From contig NC_090413.1 of the NCBI RefSeq assembly GCF_036365525.1, forward strand, positions 22,875,869 through 22,939,868: 64,000 nt of DNA, read 5' to 3'. The stretch's first letter is position 1. Each line of letters begins with the position of its first letter. Both the position numbers and the translations under genes were made by a program. Of this stretch, positions 47,234 through 61,756 are shown one piece after another. The notes below the pieces were generated by a model. That model was given only the letters and a program-made list of their open reading frames with translations, was not told the origin of the DNA and did no database searches. Source of the DNA: Heterodontus francisci. Lineage: Eukaryota.

Positions 47234-49312
47234 TAGAACATAGAACAGTACAGCGCAGTACAGGCCCTTCGGCCCACGATGTTGTGCCGAACCTTTAACC
47301 TACTCTAAGATCAAACTAACTACCTACCCTTCATTCTACTATCATCCATATACCTATCCAAGAGTCGCTTAAATGTCCCTAATGTATCTGCTTCTACTAC
47401 CACCGCTGGCACCGCATTCCACGCACCCACCACTCTCTGTGTAAAGAACCTACCTCTGACATCTCCCCGAAACCTTCCTCCAATCACCTTAAAATTATGC
47501 CCCCTGGTGATAGCCCTTTCCACCCTGGGAAAAAGTCTCTGGCTATCCACTCTATCTATGCCTCTCATCATCTTGTACCCTTCTATCAAGTCACCTCTCA
47601 TCCTTCTTCGCTCCAATGAGAAAAGCCCTAGCTCCCTCAATCTATCTTCGTAAGACATGCCCTCCAGTCCAGGCAGCATCCTGGTAAATCTCCTCTGCAC
47701 CCTCTCTCTAAAGCTTCCACATCCTTCCTATAATGAGGCAACCAGCACTGAACACAATATTCCAAGTGTGGTCGAACCAGGGCCTTATAGAGCTGCAGCA
47801 TAACCTCGCGGCTCTTAAACTCAATCCCCCTGTTAATGAAAGCCTTCTTAACAACCCTATCAACTTGGGTGGCAACTTTGAGTGATCTATGGACATGGAC
47901 CCCAAGATCCCTCTGTTCCTCCACACTACCAAGAATCCTGTCTTTAAGCCTGTATTCTGCATTCAAATTCGACCTTCCAAAATGAATCACTCCACACTTT
48001 TCCAGGTTGAACTCCATCTGCCACTTCTCAGCCCAGCTCTGCATCCTGTCAATGTCCCGTTGCAACCTACAACAGCCTTCCACACTATCCACAACTCCAG
48101 CAACCTTCGTGTCATCGGCAAACTTGCTAACCCAGCCTTCCACTTCCTCATCCAAGTCATTTGTAAAAATCACAAAGAGCAGAGGTCCCAGAACAGAACA
48201 CCACTGGTCACCGAGCTCCATGCTGAATACTTTCCATCTACTACCACCCTCTGTCTTCTATGGGCCAGCCAATTTTGTATCCAGACAGCCAACTTCCCCT
48301 GTATCCCATGCCTCCTCACTTTCTGAATGAGCCTACCATGGGGAACCTTATCAAACGCCTTGCTAAAATCCATATGCACCACATCCACTGCTCTTCCTTC
48401 ATCAATGTGTTTTGTCACATCTTCAAAGAATTCAATAAGGCTTGTGAGGCATGACCTGCCCCTCACAAAGCCATGCTGACTGTCTCTAATCAAACCATGC
48501 TTTTCCAAATAATCATAAATCCTGTCTCTCAGAATCCTCTCCAATAATTTGCCCACTACCGACATAAGACTGATTGGTCTATAATTCCCAGGGCTATCCC
48601 TATTCCCTTTCTTGAACAAGGGAACAACATTTGCCAACCTCCAATCATCCGGTACTACTCCACTGGACAGTGAGGACGCAAAGATCATCGCCAAAGGCGC
48701 AGCAATCTCTTCCCTCGCTTCCCGTAATATCCTTGGGTATATCCCGTCTGGCCCCGGGGACTTATCTGTCCTCACATCATTCAAAATTTCCAGCACATCC
48801 TCCCTCTTGACCTCAACCTGTTCGAGCATATCAGCCTGTTCCACGCTGTCCTCACAAACGACCAGGTCCCTCTCACTAGTGAATACTGAAGCAAAGTATT
48901 CATTTAGGACCTCCCCTACCTCCTCCGACTCCAGGCACAAGTTCCCTCCACTATCCCTGATCGGCCCTACCCTCACTCTGGCCATCTTCTTATTCCTCAC
49001 ATAAGTGTAGAACGCCTTGGGATTTTCCTTAATCCTACCCGCCAAGACTTTTTCATGTCCCCTTCTAGCTCTCCTAAGTCCATTCTTCAGTTCCTTCCTG
49101 GCTACCTTGTAACCCTCTAGAGCCCTGTCTGATCCTTGCTTCCTCAACCTTAAGTAAGCTTCCTTCTTCCCCTTGACTAGCTGTTCCACATCTCTTGTCA
49201 TCCAAGGTTCCTTCACCCTCCCATCCCTTCCTTGCCTCATCGGGACAAACCTATCCAGCAGTCGCAGCAAGTGCTCCCTAAACAACCTCCACATTTCTGT
49301 CGTGCATTTCCC
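47234..49312 (-). mobile_element. Relatively young 5'-truncated CR1-clade LINE (HER1-like) in FARSA intron 3
   Basis: 374-aa open frame with KSPGPDGI, NYRPISL, SQHGF, DFSKAFDKV; next frame FADDTK; (TGTTCTA)n 3' tail; a few small deletions break the frame. Confidence 0.95.
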
Positions 49313-50532
49313 TGTATGTGTAATTGTATTTATTATATTTCAAATGGAGAATTCCTGCATCTGGAAAGGTTAGTCTGGAATTGCAGTGTGCAAATAATAA
49401 AAGCATGAGCCTTTATGCAATTCCTTTGTCCAGTATTTTAATAGGTTAAAATAGGTTAATTCCTACATTAGAGGAATTGCACATGAATGTGTTAAGTGTT
49501 CGTATGCTAATATTCACCGTGTCATTTCAACACCTTTAATCCTCTAGACAGGATGAATGTAGAGAAATGCATTGGATGATTTCTTGCCTTCAGCACCTAG
49601 CTTGGTAAACTGTGCTTAAACCTGAAGCAAAGCTGATGAGATGTGAGATCTGCACTTTGGATTCCCAAGATGGTGAATTCCCCAACTTGCTCACTACCTG
49701 TGCCCTCTGGAGTGGAATTGAGTGGAGGGCAGACATTTTCTCCATCAGGTGGGGGGGGGGGAGGGTGCAGTCAGTGGCTGGCAATTCCTGGACCTCTGAG
49801 TCTTCTTAGCAAGTAGTTTAATCGTGAGCCTGGCAGCCAGTCATTTATTTACCATCTTGAGTAGGGCCAAGGAGTAACACACAAGTTCAAAAACAGATAG
49901 GTGAAGGGGCTTTTTAAAAATTCTTGCATGGGATGTGAGCATCGCTGGCAAGGCCAGCATTTGTTGCCCATCCATAATTGCCCTTGAGAAGGTGGTGTTG
50001 AGCTGCCTGCCCTTGAAGCACTGCAGTTCTTCTGATGTAGGTATGCCCACAGTGCTATTAGGAAGGGAGTTCCAGGTTTCTGACCCAGCGACAGTGAAGG
50101 AACAGCTTCAGTCCAGCAAAACCAGTTTTTCTGCATTGCAGCTTGGAATGAAAGAAAAAAGATTATTTAACTATCAAACGAACTCGTCCTGCAGTCTATA
50201 CACAATTACCTCAGTCAGGGCTTCTTTCCCCTTGCGCCCAACAGATCTGCATATTTACTTTTTAAGCCATATATGAATCTGTTCAATCTAGTAATGACTC
50301 CATTTCACATCTGCTGTTCATCCAGTTTCTTTTCAGAGATGTTAATTGACATGATGGTAACTTCGTTTTCTCTAATACCCTGTTCTAGTATTGAGTACCT
50401 CTGTGGTATGATTGCTTTGATCTTTTGAACTTTGTATTCTTATGAGATGAAACAAATTAAATGATTTGTTTTTTATTGTTGCCTGTTTTCCTAAGATCTA
50501 ACACTTGGGTATAATTTGTCGTCTTCTGATAG

Positions 50533-50651
50533 ACTGATTGTATTGAAGATGCTGTCAAAAACAAGTTGCTGCTGGTCCAGCAGAAGAAGGAGAGCAGCCT
50601 GGACGAGAAGGAGAAGAATGAAATGAAAAAGAGGAAGCTGCTCAGTGAGGT
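50533..50651 (+). CDS. FARSA: FARSA exon 4
   Basis: tag|TDCIEDAVKNKLLLVQQKKESSLDEKEKNEMKKRKLLSE-GT|gtaagt; 119 nt. Confidence 0.93.
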
Positions 50652-52714
50652 GTAAGTCTTCCAAGAGCTTTGCCTCCTTCTGTCTTTATTCTATTCATGT
50701 CCTTCCAGTATTGTGTTCGATCTCTCACCCCTACCCCCACCTCCCCCAACTTTTTTGTTTAAAATACCAACAAGCTATTTGACCATGATGTGAGCAAATG
50801 ATTCTCAGTCTGTCCAGCACCGAGAAGCAGCAACAACAGAGCTTGTCACAGTTGGGGGCGGACCTATGTAGAGCTCCATTTTTTTTTTCCCCCTGCCCCA
50901 AGCAGGTAAGGGTAAAGTTGGGAGGGAGGGTGCGGAAGCTGTACGGAGGAGTGGTGGTGAGGGACGTGTTAGAGTAGCTTAGTTGCAGTGATGTGCTGCT
51001 CTGAGGCCAGAGGAACTAATGAAAAAAATTGAGGGGCTCGCAATAGTGAAAGAAGCTGCAATTTCAAGTTCTTTTCTGTGGGTGTCAGTAGGTATTGTGT
51101 AGTTTTGCTGTGTTGTACCAACATCTGAGCAGCAGATGGCACATGCAGTCTCTCAGTAGTTGCTTTGCATGAACTAACATTTCTTCTGTTTTTTTTAAAT
51201 AAAAGACTAGACAATGCATTGCAGGCGGAAAATCTCTTTCAAAGAGATGGATGTAGGTGTGATGAGCTGGATGACCTCCTTCTGTGCTGTAAGATTCTAT
51301 GATGCAGTGAAATGTTATACTGTAGGGGAGGAAAATATCCACCAGTACATTTATTCGACTGCCCTGTATCAGAGCACAGAGGTTTTGGGTGCTCATTGAA
51401 ACAAAGCAGCAGACCCAATGTCTAACCACGCTGAAGCCAAGTGCAGTGAGGCTGCTTCCAGGCAGCCTTCATGCACTGGTCTGAGCCCACAGTGCCTACA
51501 GGTTTAAATGGCCTCTTCAATTACCTGTGAACTTTCAAAGCTTCATATGGGTTTTGTGAAAGTATACAGCTTTAGCACCCTCCCTCTCCATATTACCACT
51601 GACCTGCTGCTGGGGGGAATGGAGCTCTACACACACCCTCTCACATTTGAGCTCCCTTGCTGTTTCTCAGTGCCAGTGACACTGAGGTGAGTTCTTTAAC
51701 TTCGCCGGGACCTCTGTCTTATTTAAAACATAGTCATCCATCAATTTTACTTTGGGTATCTTTGTGTGCAGGGGTCATGTTAAATTCCAGAAAGCTTGTT
51801 ATGGAGCATATGTTTACTCAGTTTCACACTTATTATGCAGACTAAGAGGATTACAAACATGTAGCTCTTCACTCAAAACCCTCCACCAGTCTTAGTGAGT
51901 ATCTGCTTATAAGTGCTCAAATAAGACCCCAATTAACACCCTTCACCTGCATATAATCAAACCATTGACACACAATTAACAGATTAACAGGTCATGTTGC
52001 TCATGTCTCCTCAGGTGAATATTTGTTGGAAGTGTTCTTTCAGAATATTTTACTGTTTTTTGTGCCAATCCTCTGTTTCAAGCCTGTTTGAATCTTGTAT
52101 GGCTTTCCCCTCTTTTCGGGCTGCCCTAATCAACGTGGTACTGAGAATTTTGTACTGATGCGCTTAGCTAATATCCTTCGTTCCCAGTCTCTCTGCCCCT
52201 CTCACCATTTCTTTATCATATTTCTACACTTTCTTGTATTCATCCTAGTGAATCCCTCGTCCTTTCTCTCTGAAGGATTTGTACGTGCTGATTTTCCTCT
52301 ATCCTTTTAATTTGTTCATCTGTGAAGAGTCACATTTGCTGGTTTTTGGGACATGTGTTCAACATTATATACCTTTTTAAACAGTTCTGTCACTAGTGCT
52401 GAAAGCTATTTGAGGTTATGAATGAAGAGCATCACACAGTGAAGCAGTCTTCTGTGATTAATTTTTAATTATTGCTGGCCTTAGAAGCAACGCAAACATA
52501 TGAGTAAAGATGTTTTGTGTCAAACAGTTGGGCATCACTGCAACTCATTAAAAAGTAGAGCCCCAGCTGTACTAGTGACTGCATTTGTTTCTATAGTTCC
52601 CATACATGCACAGTGAGAACTTTTGCTCAGTCGTGTATGGTGATATGTGGCAAGCAGCAGCCAGAGACATCCCAAGACTCGGAAGGAAAGCAGAGATGCC
52701 AGTCAGACTGGACT

Positions 52715-53110
52715 GCTTTAGTGGTAGCACTTTTGCCTCTGAGTCACAAGGTTGTGGGTTCAAGTCCCACTCCAGTGACTTGAGCACAAACTTTAGACTG
52801 ACACTTGGAGTCTTGGAGGTGCTGTCTTTCGGATGAGCACCCTCTTGGGTGGAGGTTAAATATCACACAGCACTTTGTTTTTTTGCAGAGCGTGTGAGTT
52901 TTCCCTGCTATCCTGGCCAATATTAATCCTTCAATCAACATCACTAAAAGAGTAGATTATCTGGTCATTATCACATTGCTGTTTGTGGGAGCTTGCTGTG
53001 CATAAACTAGCTGTTGTATTTCCTGCATTGCCTGCACTTCAAAAGTACTTCATTGGCCGTAGAGCGCCGAGATGTCCTGAAGTCGTGAAACGCATTATAT
53101 AAATGCAAGT
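52715..53110 (+). mobile_element. Deu-domain SINE (SacSINE1-like)
   Basis: AGTGGTAGCAC...GGGTTCAAGTCCC head, same core and TATATAAATGCAAGT tail. Confidence 0.75.
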
Positions 53111-53305
53111 CCATTTGTTCTTCACACTGCTTCGGGAGGTAGCTTGCAGAATGGCATTGAGCAGAGGTCAAAAGGTCCTTTGCCTGCCTCTCGGCTTAGC
53201 TCATGCTATGGTGGAGTAACTGAAGGAAGGGTGAGGGTCAGGGAGAATAAGAGTAAATGAAAGTCACCTGTATTCATGTGACTATTTCACTCTGCTTTTC
53301 TGTAG

Positions 53306-53398
53306 GACTGTGAAGACCTACTGGATCACCAAAGGAAGCTCGTTCAGCACCACAGTGGTTAAACAGGATACTGAGCTTACCCCAGAGATGATAGCCAA
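53306..53398 (+). CDS. FARSA: FARSA exon 5
   Basis: tag|(V)[32 protein letters not shown]|gtaaga; 93 nt. Confidence 0.95.
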
Positions 53399-54263
53399 GT
53401 AAGATTTTGGAACTGGTCAAAACCGACAGAAGGACTTTACAGTAAATAAGTGTCCGAGGCATTGTGGCTTAAACAGAAACCTACCCTATTGAACACTTTC
53501 AGCTTGTGATGGGCCTGTGCCACGGGCTCACATATCATGAATATGGTAGCCTTGATGGGTAGGGCAGTGATGGACCATGCTGTGGAAAACTGTGGCACAG
53601 AGCATTCCCTTACCAGCCCGGCGGTTAATGAACAGGAGACCTAAACTAAGCAGTTACGCAACTTGCACTTATGACCAGCACTGGACCATTAGTTTGAGCT
53701 TAAGTAAGAGTGTTCTGTTTAGTTTTTCTTTCATCCTTTCCCGAGGAAGGCACTGTACTGACCCTTGCAGGAAACTGCTCCACGGGGGTTTGTTGGGTCT
53801 TCAGTACATGATCAAAGTGGCTGTTCACTGGGTGGTGAGTGTCAGCATGCCATTCGAGAACAAAAAGATCTCACAGTTGAGCCCAGTATTGTTTGTGCTC
53901 AATCTCCAGTCATGCACACTGCTCATAGCAGAGTCACCGGATGGTAATTGGGGAGCAGAAACCTTGTTTTTTTTTATTTGTTCCCCTCCTCTTAGTGCTG
54001 AATCCAATTATAATACTCCATCTGATAATCCAAGGAGATCACCCAGCATCACAAAATGGGCATTTGAGCTGGAGCTGTCCTGCTCTGAATGACTCTGTAC
54101 TACACCACATGGAACACTTAGAAATAGCAGCTGAATTTACAAGTCATGATGACTTGCCCTTAATGAAGTTGAGCCTACCCTCCTGATCAGCTCTCTGTGG
54201 GTGACTGTTGCTGAAAGCAGCACTGAGGTCTCTAAGATGCATCCATGTGAAATTTGTTCACAG

Positions 54264-54392
54264 TGGCTCGTGGCGAGAGAAGAAGTTCAAGCCGTACAAC
54301 TTTGACGCCATGGGCATAGTTCCAGAGTGTGGCCACCTGCATCCCTTGATGAAAGTCCGAACGCAATTCCGACAGATATTCCTGGAAATGGG
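54264..54392 (+). CDS. FARSA: FARSA exon 6
   Basis: cag|(N)[44 protein letters not shown]|gtaagt; 129 nt. Confidence 0.96.
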
Positions 54393-54529
54393 GTAAGTGA
54401 CATTTATTTTATTAAACATCTGAATTGATCCACGATTAACCACCTTCTCTGATTGCATTCCAAGTGCACTAGTTATTCAATTGTAATGAAGTATGAAGGA
54501 AGTTTATACTCATGGTCGGTGTTACAGTG

Positions 54530-55200
54530 ATGGTAGAATGATACAGCACGGAGTAGCTCATTTGTTCCATTTGAAAAAGCTATCCAATGAGTCTTGCTCT
54601 TCCCCATAATCCTGTAAATGTTTCCTTTTCAAATATTTATCCAATTCCCTTTTGAAAGTTATCATTGAATCTGCTTCCATTGTGTTTTCAGTCGGTGCAT
54701 TCCAGATCATAACTCACTGCATTTAAGCAAAAAATATTCTCCTCAGCTTGTCGCTGGTTCTTTTGTCTTAAATCTGTGTCCTCTGGTTACCAACTCTTCT
54801 ACCACTTGGAACTGTTTCTCCTTATTTACTCTATCAAAATCCTTCATGATTTGACCTCTGATAAATCTCCCCTTAACCTTCTTTGTGCTAAGGAGAATAA
54901 CTCCAGCTTCTTAAGTCTGTTCACATAACTGAAGTCCTGCATCCCTGGTACCATTCCAGTAAATCTCCTCCTCTGCAGCCTCTCGAAGGCCTTGACATGC
55001 TTCCTGAAGTGTGGTGTCCCCAGAATTGGACACAATCTTTCCATTTTGGGCTTAACCAGTAATTTATAAAGGTTTGGCATAACGTCCTTGCTTTTGTACA
55101 TTATGTCTCATTATAAAGCCAAGGTCCCCATATGCTTTGTTTTTAAACAGCCTTCAGAGCTTGTCCTGCCACCTTCAGAGATTTGTGTACATATACCCCT
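54530..55200 (-). mobile_element. CR1 LINE fragment
   Basis: KHVKAFERLQRRRFTGMVPGMQDFSYVNRLKKLELFSLAQRRLRGDL. Confidence 0.85.
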
Positions 55201-56140
55201 GGGTGTTCCTGCACACCCTTCAACATGGAACTTAGTTGCCCTTCTTTGTACTCACTCCCAGGCTGGGACTTTTGTCTTTTGCACCACCAGTGCACATTTT
55301 GTTGACTGTTTAAAGATGCTTTCTGCTAAACATCCCAGATCTCCCTGTGTCTTTTTTGCTTTTGTTGTCTTTCACTCTTCCACCTTTGTGATGTTGCATT
55401 TCTCCACATTAAACTACATCTTCCCCCAATCTTCAAACCTATCCAGTTCCCTCTGCAATGGTGCACTTGTACGTATGGCATCCCTCCCCTCTCCATTAAA
55501 TTGTGCATGCACCTTTGATGAAAGCACCTACTTACTGGCTTACTTTAAGCCCACAGTGAACTGACCCATCCAGGAAACTTGACAAAGGCTTTAGAAAGTC
55601 CCCATCTACATACTGGTAGTTGGCAGAAAGGGTGAAAAGTCATGACTAGTTGTATTAGACTGAAGCACCAAATGCAGAGATGTGGTATAAGTTCCATATT
55701 CCAAGCACTGTGGCCAACCTCCTTTCTACTATTCCTGTAATGCTTCGGGATCTTTCGGTTCACCTGAGCGGGCAGATGGGGCATCACATTAACATCTACC
55801 CCAAAAGCAATGGAGTACTCCATCTGTTTTAAGGGCTCAGGCGATCAGAACTGAAAAAGTGTGAGCACCTGAAATATTAACCTGCCGTTTCCATCCAGTA
55901 TTTTATTTTGGAAACATTTCCGGCCAGTTGAATGCAAGACATGCAGCCCTTGCTGGTTCACTCTTTTGAGGAGTAAAACAGTGTATCGTGTTGTTGAATC
56001 TCCGATCGCAGTTTCAGTTTTGTGAATACCAATACAGGGTGTCCCTGTGTTTTTATTAGAATGTCTCTTTTGACAGAGCACAGTGATGTGGAAGAAAACT
56101 TCCTGCTGTCCCTTGAGGTGAGGTTTATAAACACTTTTAA

Positions 56141-56320
<180 letters not shown>

Positions 56321-56594
56321 TAAAATGCCATCTTTTAAACCTGATGGCTCACTGGGTTGCATGATACAATACTGTGACAAACGTATTGGTTCTCAGCTCT
56401 GTGATCAGTTCATTGGTCTCCCCAGGTGGCACTGCTTGGTGCCAGTGACCCAGGGATGGGAAACAACAGCCAAGGATTCTCTACTGGTTGCTTTCAACTG
56501 GAAAGTGCATGCGACTGGGGTGAGGATGGGATTGGGCTCAACTGTTATCTCCATGGTCAAATAGTCTGTTGATAATCATTGGCTCTGCTCACAT

Positions 56595-58030
56595 GTTGGT
56601 AATATTCAAGAAAGGAGGGAGACAGAAAGCAGGAAACTGTAGGCCAGTTAGCCTAACATCTGTCATTGGGAAAATGTTAGAATCCATTATTAAGGAAGTA
56701 ATAGCAGAACGTTTAGAAAATAATGGAATCAGGCAGAGTCAACATGGTTTTATGAAAGGGAAATCATTTATTAGAGATCTTTTGAGGATTTAAGGAGCAG
56801 GGTGTATAAAGGGGAACCAGTAGATGTGGTGTATTTGGATTTCCAAAAGGCATTCGATGAGGTGCCACATAAATAGTTACGACACACGATAAGAGCTCCT
56901 GGTGTTGGGGGTAATATATTCGCATGGATAGAGGATTGGCTAACTAACAGAAAATAGAGAGTTGGGATTAATGGGGCATTTTCAAGTTGGCAAGCTGTAA
57001 CTAGTGGAGTGCCACAGGGGTCAGTGCTGGCCCTCAACTATTTACGATCTACATTAATGACTTGGACGAAGGGCCTGAGTGTATTGTAGCCAAATTTGCG
57101 GATGATACAAAGCTAGGTAGGAAAGCAAGTTGTGAGGAGGACACAAAGTGGCTGCAAAGAGATAAAGATAGGTTAAGTGAGTGGCCAAACGTTTGGCAGT
57201 TGGAGTATAATGTGGGAAAGTGTGAGGTTGTCCACATGGCAGGAAGAATAGAAAAGCAGAATATTATTTACATGGAGAGAGACTGCAGAATGCTGCGGTA
57301 CATAGGGATCTGGGTGTCCTTGTACAGGAATCACAAAAAGTTAGCATGCAGGTACAGCAAGTAATTAAGAAGGAAAATGGAATGTCTGCATTTATTACAA
57401 GGGGGACGGAGTATCAAAGTAAGGATGTCTTGTTACAACCGTAGAGGGCATTGGCAAGACTGCACCTAAGAGTACTATGTATAATTTTGTCACCTTACTT
57501 AAGGAGGGTTATACTTGCATTGGAAGCTGTTCAAAGAAGGTTCACTAGGTTGATTCTCTGGTTGTCTTATGGTGAAAGGTTGAGCAGGTTGGGCCTGTAC
57601 TCATTGGAGTTTAGAAGAATGAGAGGTGATCTTATTGAAACGTATAAGATCCTGAGGGGGCTTGACAGGATAGTTGCTGAGAGGATGTTTCCCCTGTTGG
57701 GGGAGTCTAGAACTAGGGGACACAGTTTCAAAATAAGGGGTTTCCCTTTTAAGATGGAGATGAGGAGGAATTTCTTCTCTCAGAGCGTTGTTAACCTTTG
57801 GAATTCTCTACCGCAGAGAGCACTGGGTCATTGAATATATTCAAAGCTGAGTTAGACAGATTTTTGATCTACAAGGGAGTGAAGGGTTATTAGTTGTGGG
57901 GGGGCGGGGGGCGCGCGTGGTGGGTGCAAGAAAGTGGAGTTAAGGCCACAATCAGATCAGCCATGATCTTATTGAATGATGGAGCAGGCTTGAGGGGCCG
58001 AATGGCCTACTCCTGCTCCTATTTCTTATG
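56595..58030 (+). mobile_element. Degenerate CR1-clade LINE 3' part
   Basis: NCRPVSLTSVIGK, QSQHGF, KFADDTK, EAVQRRFTR, RRMRGDLIETYKI fragments and CR1 3' UTR. Confidence 0.92.
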
Positions 58031-58823
58031 AGTTTTGACCTTTCTGCACTAGTGAAACCAAGGCTTCGGCTAAGAAGAGCAAAGGAGCAAAATTAGAATA
58101 GGGTTCAAGGGGGAAAGTATTTTTGGTAGCTATGGTTAGTCGGTTGATTTATTTTTATTTCGCATCCTCCCATGCATGTCACCCTCGCCCCCCCACCCCT
58201 ACCTCTTGCCAAAGGGATGACTGGCAACCTGTTCCCAAGCCTTTTTCCACTAATTTACAGCTAGGAGGCAGACAAGTGGCCTGGGGTTTCACTTTTTTGA
58301 AACTGCTGGTCCCGGTACTTGTTTGCTGTAGTGCATCGGTGCGCACATCTCTCCTGGTGGTACCCTAGGTCTTCTAGAAGGGAAACCCCTTCTAAATTTG
58401 TAACCCCACAACCTTGCCATATGTGTGTCAACATTCCTCCAGCTAAAGAACAGATTTTCTAGTTATTCATCTTATTGCTCTGTGTGGAACTAGTTCTACA
58501 TGTGCATGTGGAAATAGTTGCACTTTTGCTACCATATGCGACACTTTGAGAAGTTTGAGACATGCAGTAGTATGCTGGATAAATGTAAGTCTCCTTTAAT
58601 TGCTTGTTCCAACCCCATATTTTGCCGCCCTCTATATAGCATGCCCCTACCCCAGTTAGCCAATCTGCAGTGGTTTAATGGAGGAGTGATATGAACTACT
58701 ACTGCACAGGAGTCATTAGATGGTGCCAAGTTGTCTTCTATGGGATAGGCAATAATGAAAAGTTCCCTTTTTGAAATTTTGCTTATTAATTATCCCCTTA
58801 ATTTCCTTTTTAACTACTTCCAG

Positions 58824-58908
58824 AGCCAGCCATTGCAACAACCTTTCCAATGGATTACCTTGAAAGAGTAAAGAGAGTCCATTCAGAGGGAGGATATGGG
58901 TCCCAGGG
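58824..58908 (+). CDS. FARSA: FARSA exon 8
   Basis: cag|(E)[29 protein letters not shown]|gtaagt; 85 nt. Confidence 0.95.
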
Positions 58909-60065
58909 GTAAGTCTGCACTAATTACTTGTGTTAAGTTAAGAGTTGTATATTTTATTTGACTTTGTACAATATTGTGGAGCAACAATATGAAGAGCTTT
59001 TACATCTGGATTTGTATAATTGTCAACCAACACCACTGAAAACCAATTAGCTGGTCGTCATCACATTACTGTTTTGAGGGAGCTTGCTGTGTGCAAATTG
59101 CAATGGTGACTACACTTCAAAAGTGCTTTATTGTCAAATAAACACTTCTGAATGACCTGAGTCAGTCAGCGTCTGTGGAGAAGTGCATTTGCATTTCAGG
59201 AGCAGCCCTTTTACGGAACCGAATGTTGACTTGTTTGTTCTTTCCACAGATCAGACTGACCTGATGTGTGTGTTCAGCATGTTCTGTTTTAGCTTCGGAT
59301 TTCTGAAGTCTGCACTATTTTGCTTTAACTTCAAGGAATAGTGCAACTCATGCACCAGACTTAACAATTCCCTGGAGAGCGCACCAATTATAATGGTGTT
59401 GTAGCAAGTTAGACTTGGGGCACCGTTCTTCTGCTTCTACCATTTGCTGGCAAGTGCACCTTAAATCAGCCTCTCAGTTGGCTGATACTTGCGTTGCTTT
59501 TGTGGGGGCAGCGGGGATGGGAGGGAGAGGGAGAATTGGAAGGGAGGGAAGAATTTTTTTTAATGGGATGTGGGCATTGTGACAAGGCCAGCATTTATTG
59601 CCCATACCTAATCGACCATGAAAAGGTGGTGGTCAGCCGCCACCTTGAACTGCTGCAATCCATGTGGTGTAGGCACTATAACTGGAGGAAGTTCCAACAT
59701 TTTGACCCAGCGAGATTGAAGGAATAGCGATATACTTCCAAGTCAGGATGGTGTGTGACTTGAGGGGAATTTGCTGATGGTGGTGTTCCCATGCGTCTGC
59801 TGCCCTCGTTCTTCTAGGTGGTAGAGGTTGCGGGTTTGCAAGGTGCTGTCGAAGGAGCCTTGGCAAGTTGCTGGAGTGCATCTTGTAGATGGTACACACT
59901 GCAGCCACTGTGCACTGGTGGTGGAGGGACAGATAATGACTGGATCTTTTTAAAAGGGTTTCTTTTTCAAGTTGAAGAGGCGTGCCAAATATAAAGTTGT
60001 GCAAGAGTTGCACTCTTTTCAGTTCCTTGTGGCATCAGTAACTGTATGTGTGTATATGTATTCAG

Positions 60066-60165
60066 GTACAAATATGACTGGAAGATTGAAGAAGCACAGA
60101 AGAATATCTTGCGAACACACACAACAGCTGTCAGTGCACGGATGCTATACAAACTTGCCCAAAAG
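60066..60165 (+). CDS. FARSA: FARSA exon 9
   Basis: cag|(G)[33 protein letters not shown]|gtgagt; 100 nt. Confidence 0.96.
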
Positions 60166-61587
60166 GTGAGTTGATTTCCTCCCCCCCTCCCCCTGTTCGG
60201 GAATAATTTCACAGGTGGTAACAGTATCTAGTGCTTCATCCAAGTGGCTACTCTTCACGTGTAAGTCCTCCACCCATCCCTCTGTGCATGCAATTGATGG
60301 TCGTAATCAGGATGGAGAATCCTAGACCCACTTGATTTTCCCTCCCAGTCCCCAGAGTGCTAAACTGAATATTCCTCATGGCAAATGCAGCACAGGTCGA
60401 GTTCAAACCCATGGTATGTGCAGTTCAGCTACTCCGTACTTTATCCAGCTAAATTATCAGGACGACATCTGCACAAGCCTTTAATATGTTGGTATGTTTG
60501 TTGCAGCAGTCAAAGAACACACAGTATCCCTTAATCTTGGTAGTGTTCATAACGAAAGTATTAATGTTTCTACCACATGTTAAATGGATTTTTTAAAAGT
60601 TCTAATTGAGGATGGAAAGGGGGCAGCTCATATTAAGGGATATTTATGGTTGAGTGATCATTTAGGAATCATTTGTGGTGTAAGTGTGCAATATCTTAAA
60701 ATGGAGCACATTTTCTAAACTAAAATGGCTGAATGTTGTCTCCATAAAATGATGTGAAGTCTGTTGTCTCTTGCCTTTTGCTTTTTCCTCCCCAGTGCAA
60801 TATACAATACAAAATTGTGAGTATTGGAAGCTCTAAGTGTTGACTGACCTTTTAGGTTATTGCCCTGTAGCTAAGTAAGAGATAATCCTTCCACCAGTAA
60901 AGTGGGCAATTAGAAGCAGCTGCATAATCTCCCGCATGTGTTTAATGAAGAAAATATGAGGGCAGTTGGACTATAGGTGCTGTCGTGGTGTAACCTCAAG
61001 TCTTTGTTCACATACTGGGCTGTAAAATCTGGTGTGAAGATGCCAGCTATGCATCTGCAGCGCTCCCTGCCCGAGTAAGATTGTGACCAATACATTGGTC
61101 AGTCTGTATATAACAGAGCTCTGTTCACTACCTTCCAAATGCCTGTTAGATTTGTGTTGAGAGATTTGATAAGGTGAGGGCACTCAACAAACAGTAAAAG
61201 TGGAGATATAAGGATTCTTTCATATGGAGTGTAGTGGGGCATGGGTGTCACTGGCCTCTGACCTGGGGGTCTCATGGCTGCTGATTTTTGTGGGGAACTG
61301 GATTCTTGGACATGTGGATCTCCCTCTTAGCTACTGAGGTAGTGGAGTGTTGTGGCCTCCACTCAACTGCTGATAACCCTAACGTTAACTTGCTATGTGC
61401 ACTTGGGTAGGCCCTGAGAGAGGACCAGGTTAAATGGGTCTTTCTGGAGGTCAGCCATGGTTTTAAGGTGGGGGACGAGAAAGATGAAGCACAAAAAAAA
61501 AGTTACGAGGTACAACTTTATGCTTTGCTTGACACTCTCTTTCCTTTCCTGGCCAAACTACTCAGTACAATAACATTTTCTGTACAG

Positions 61588-61756
61588 GAAGTCTTCACAC
61601 CTGTGAAATATTTCTCCATTGACCGAGTCTTCCGTAATGAAACACTGGACGCCACTCACTTGGCAGAATTTCACCAGATTGAAGGGGTGGTAGCAGATTA
61701 CGATCTGACCCTGGGCGACTTGATGGGTGTTCTCCAGCAGTTCTTTAATAAGCTAG
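61588..61756 (+). CDS. FARSA: FARSA exon 10 (class II motif 2)
   Basis: cag|[38 protein letters not shown]...FFNKL-G|gtgaga; 169 nt. Confidence 0.97.

Noticed and set aside
47637-49294. Reverse transcriptase ORFs as a novel RT system
   Set aside because: Ordinary CR1 LINE ORF2 fragments with frameshifts and a standard 3' tail.
53577-54092. 171-aa intronic ORF in FARSA intron 5
   Set aside because: No recognisable domain or splice context; probably a chance ORF.
54140-54230. Possible intronic box C/D snoRNA (ATGATGA at 54146, CTGA at 54183, 54211 and 54223)
   Set aside because: No terminal stem closing C and D boxes, no rRNA-complementary guide I can recognise, and it lies close to the acceptor; would need snoscan/Infernal.
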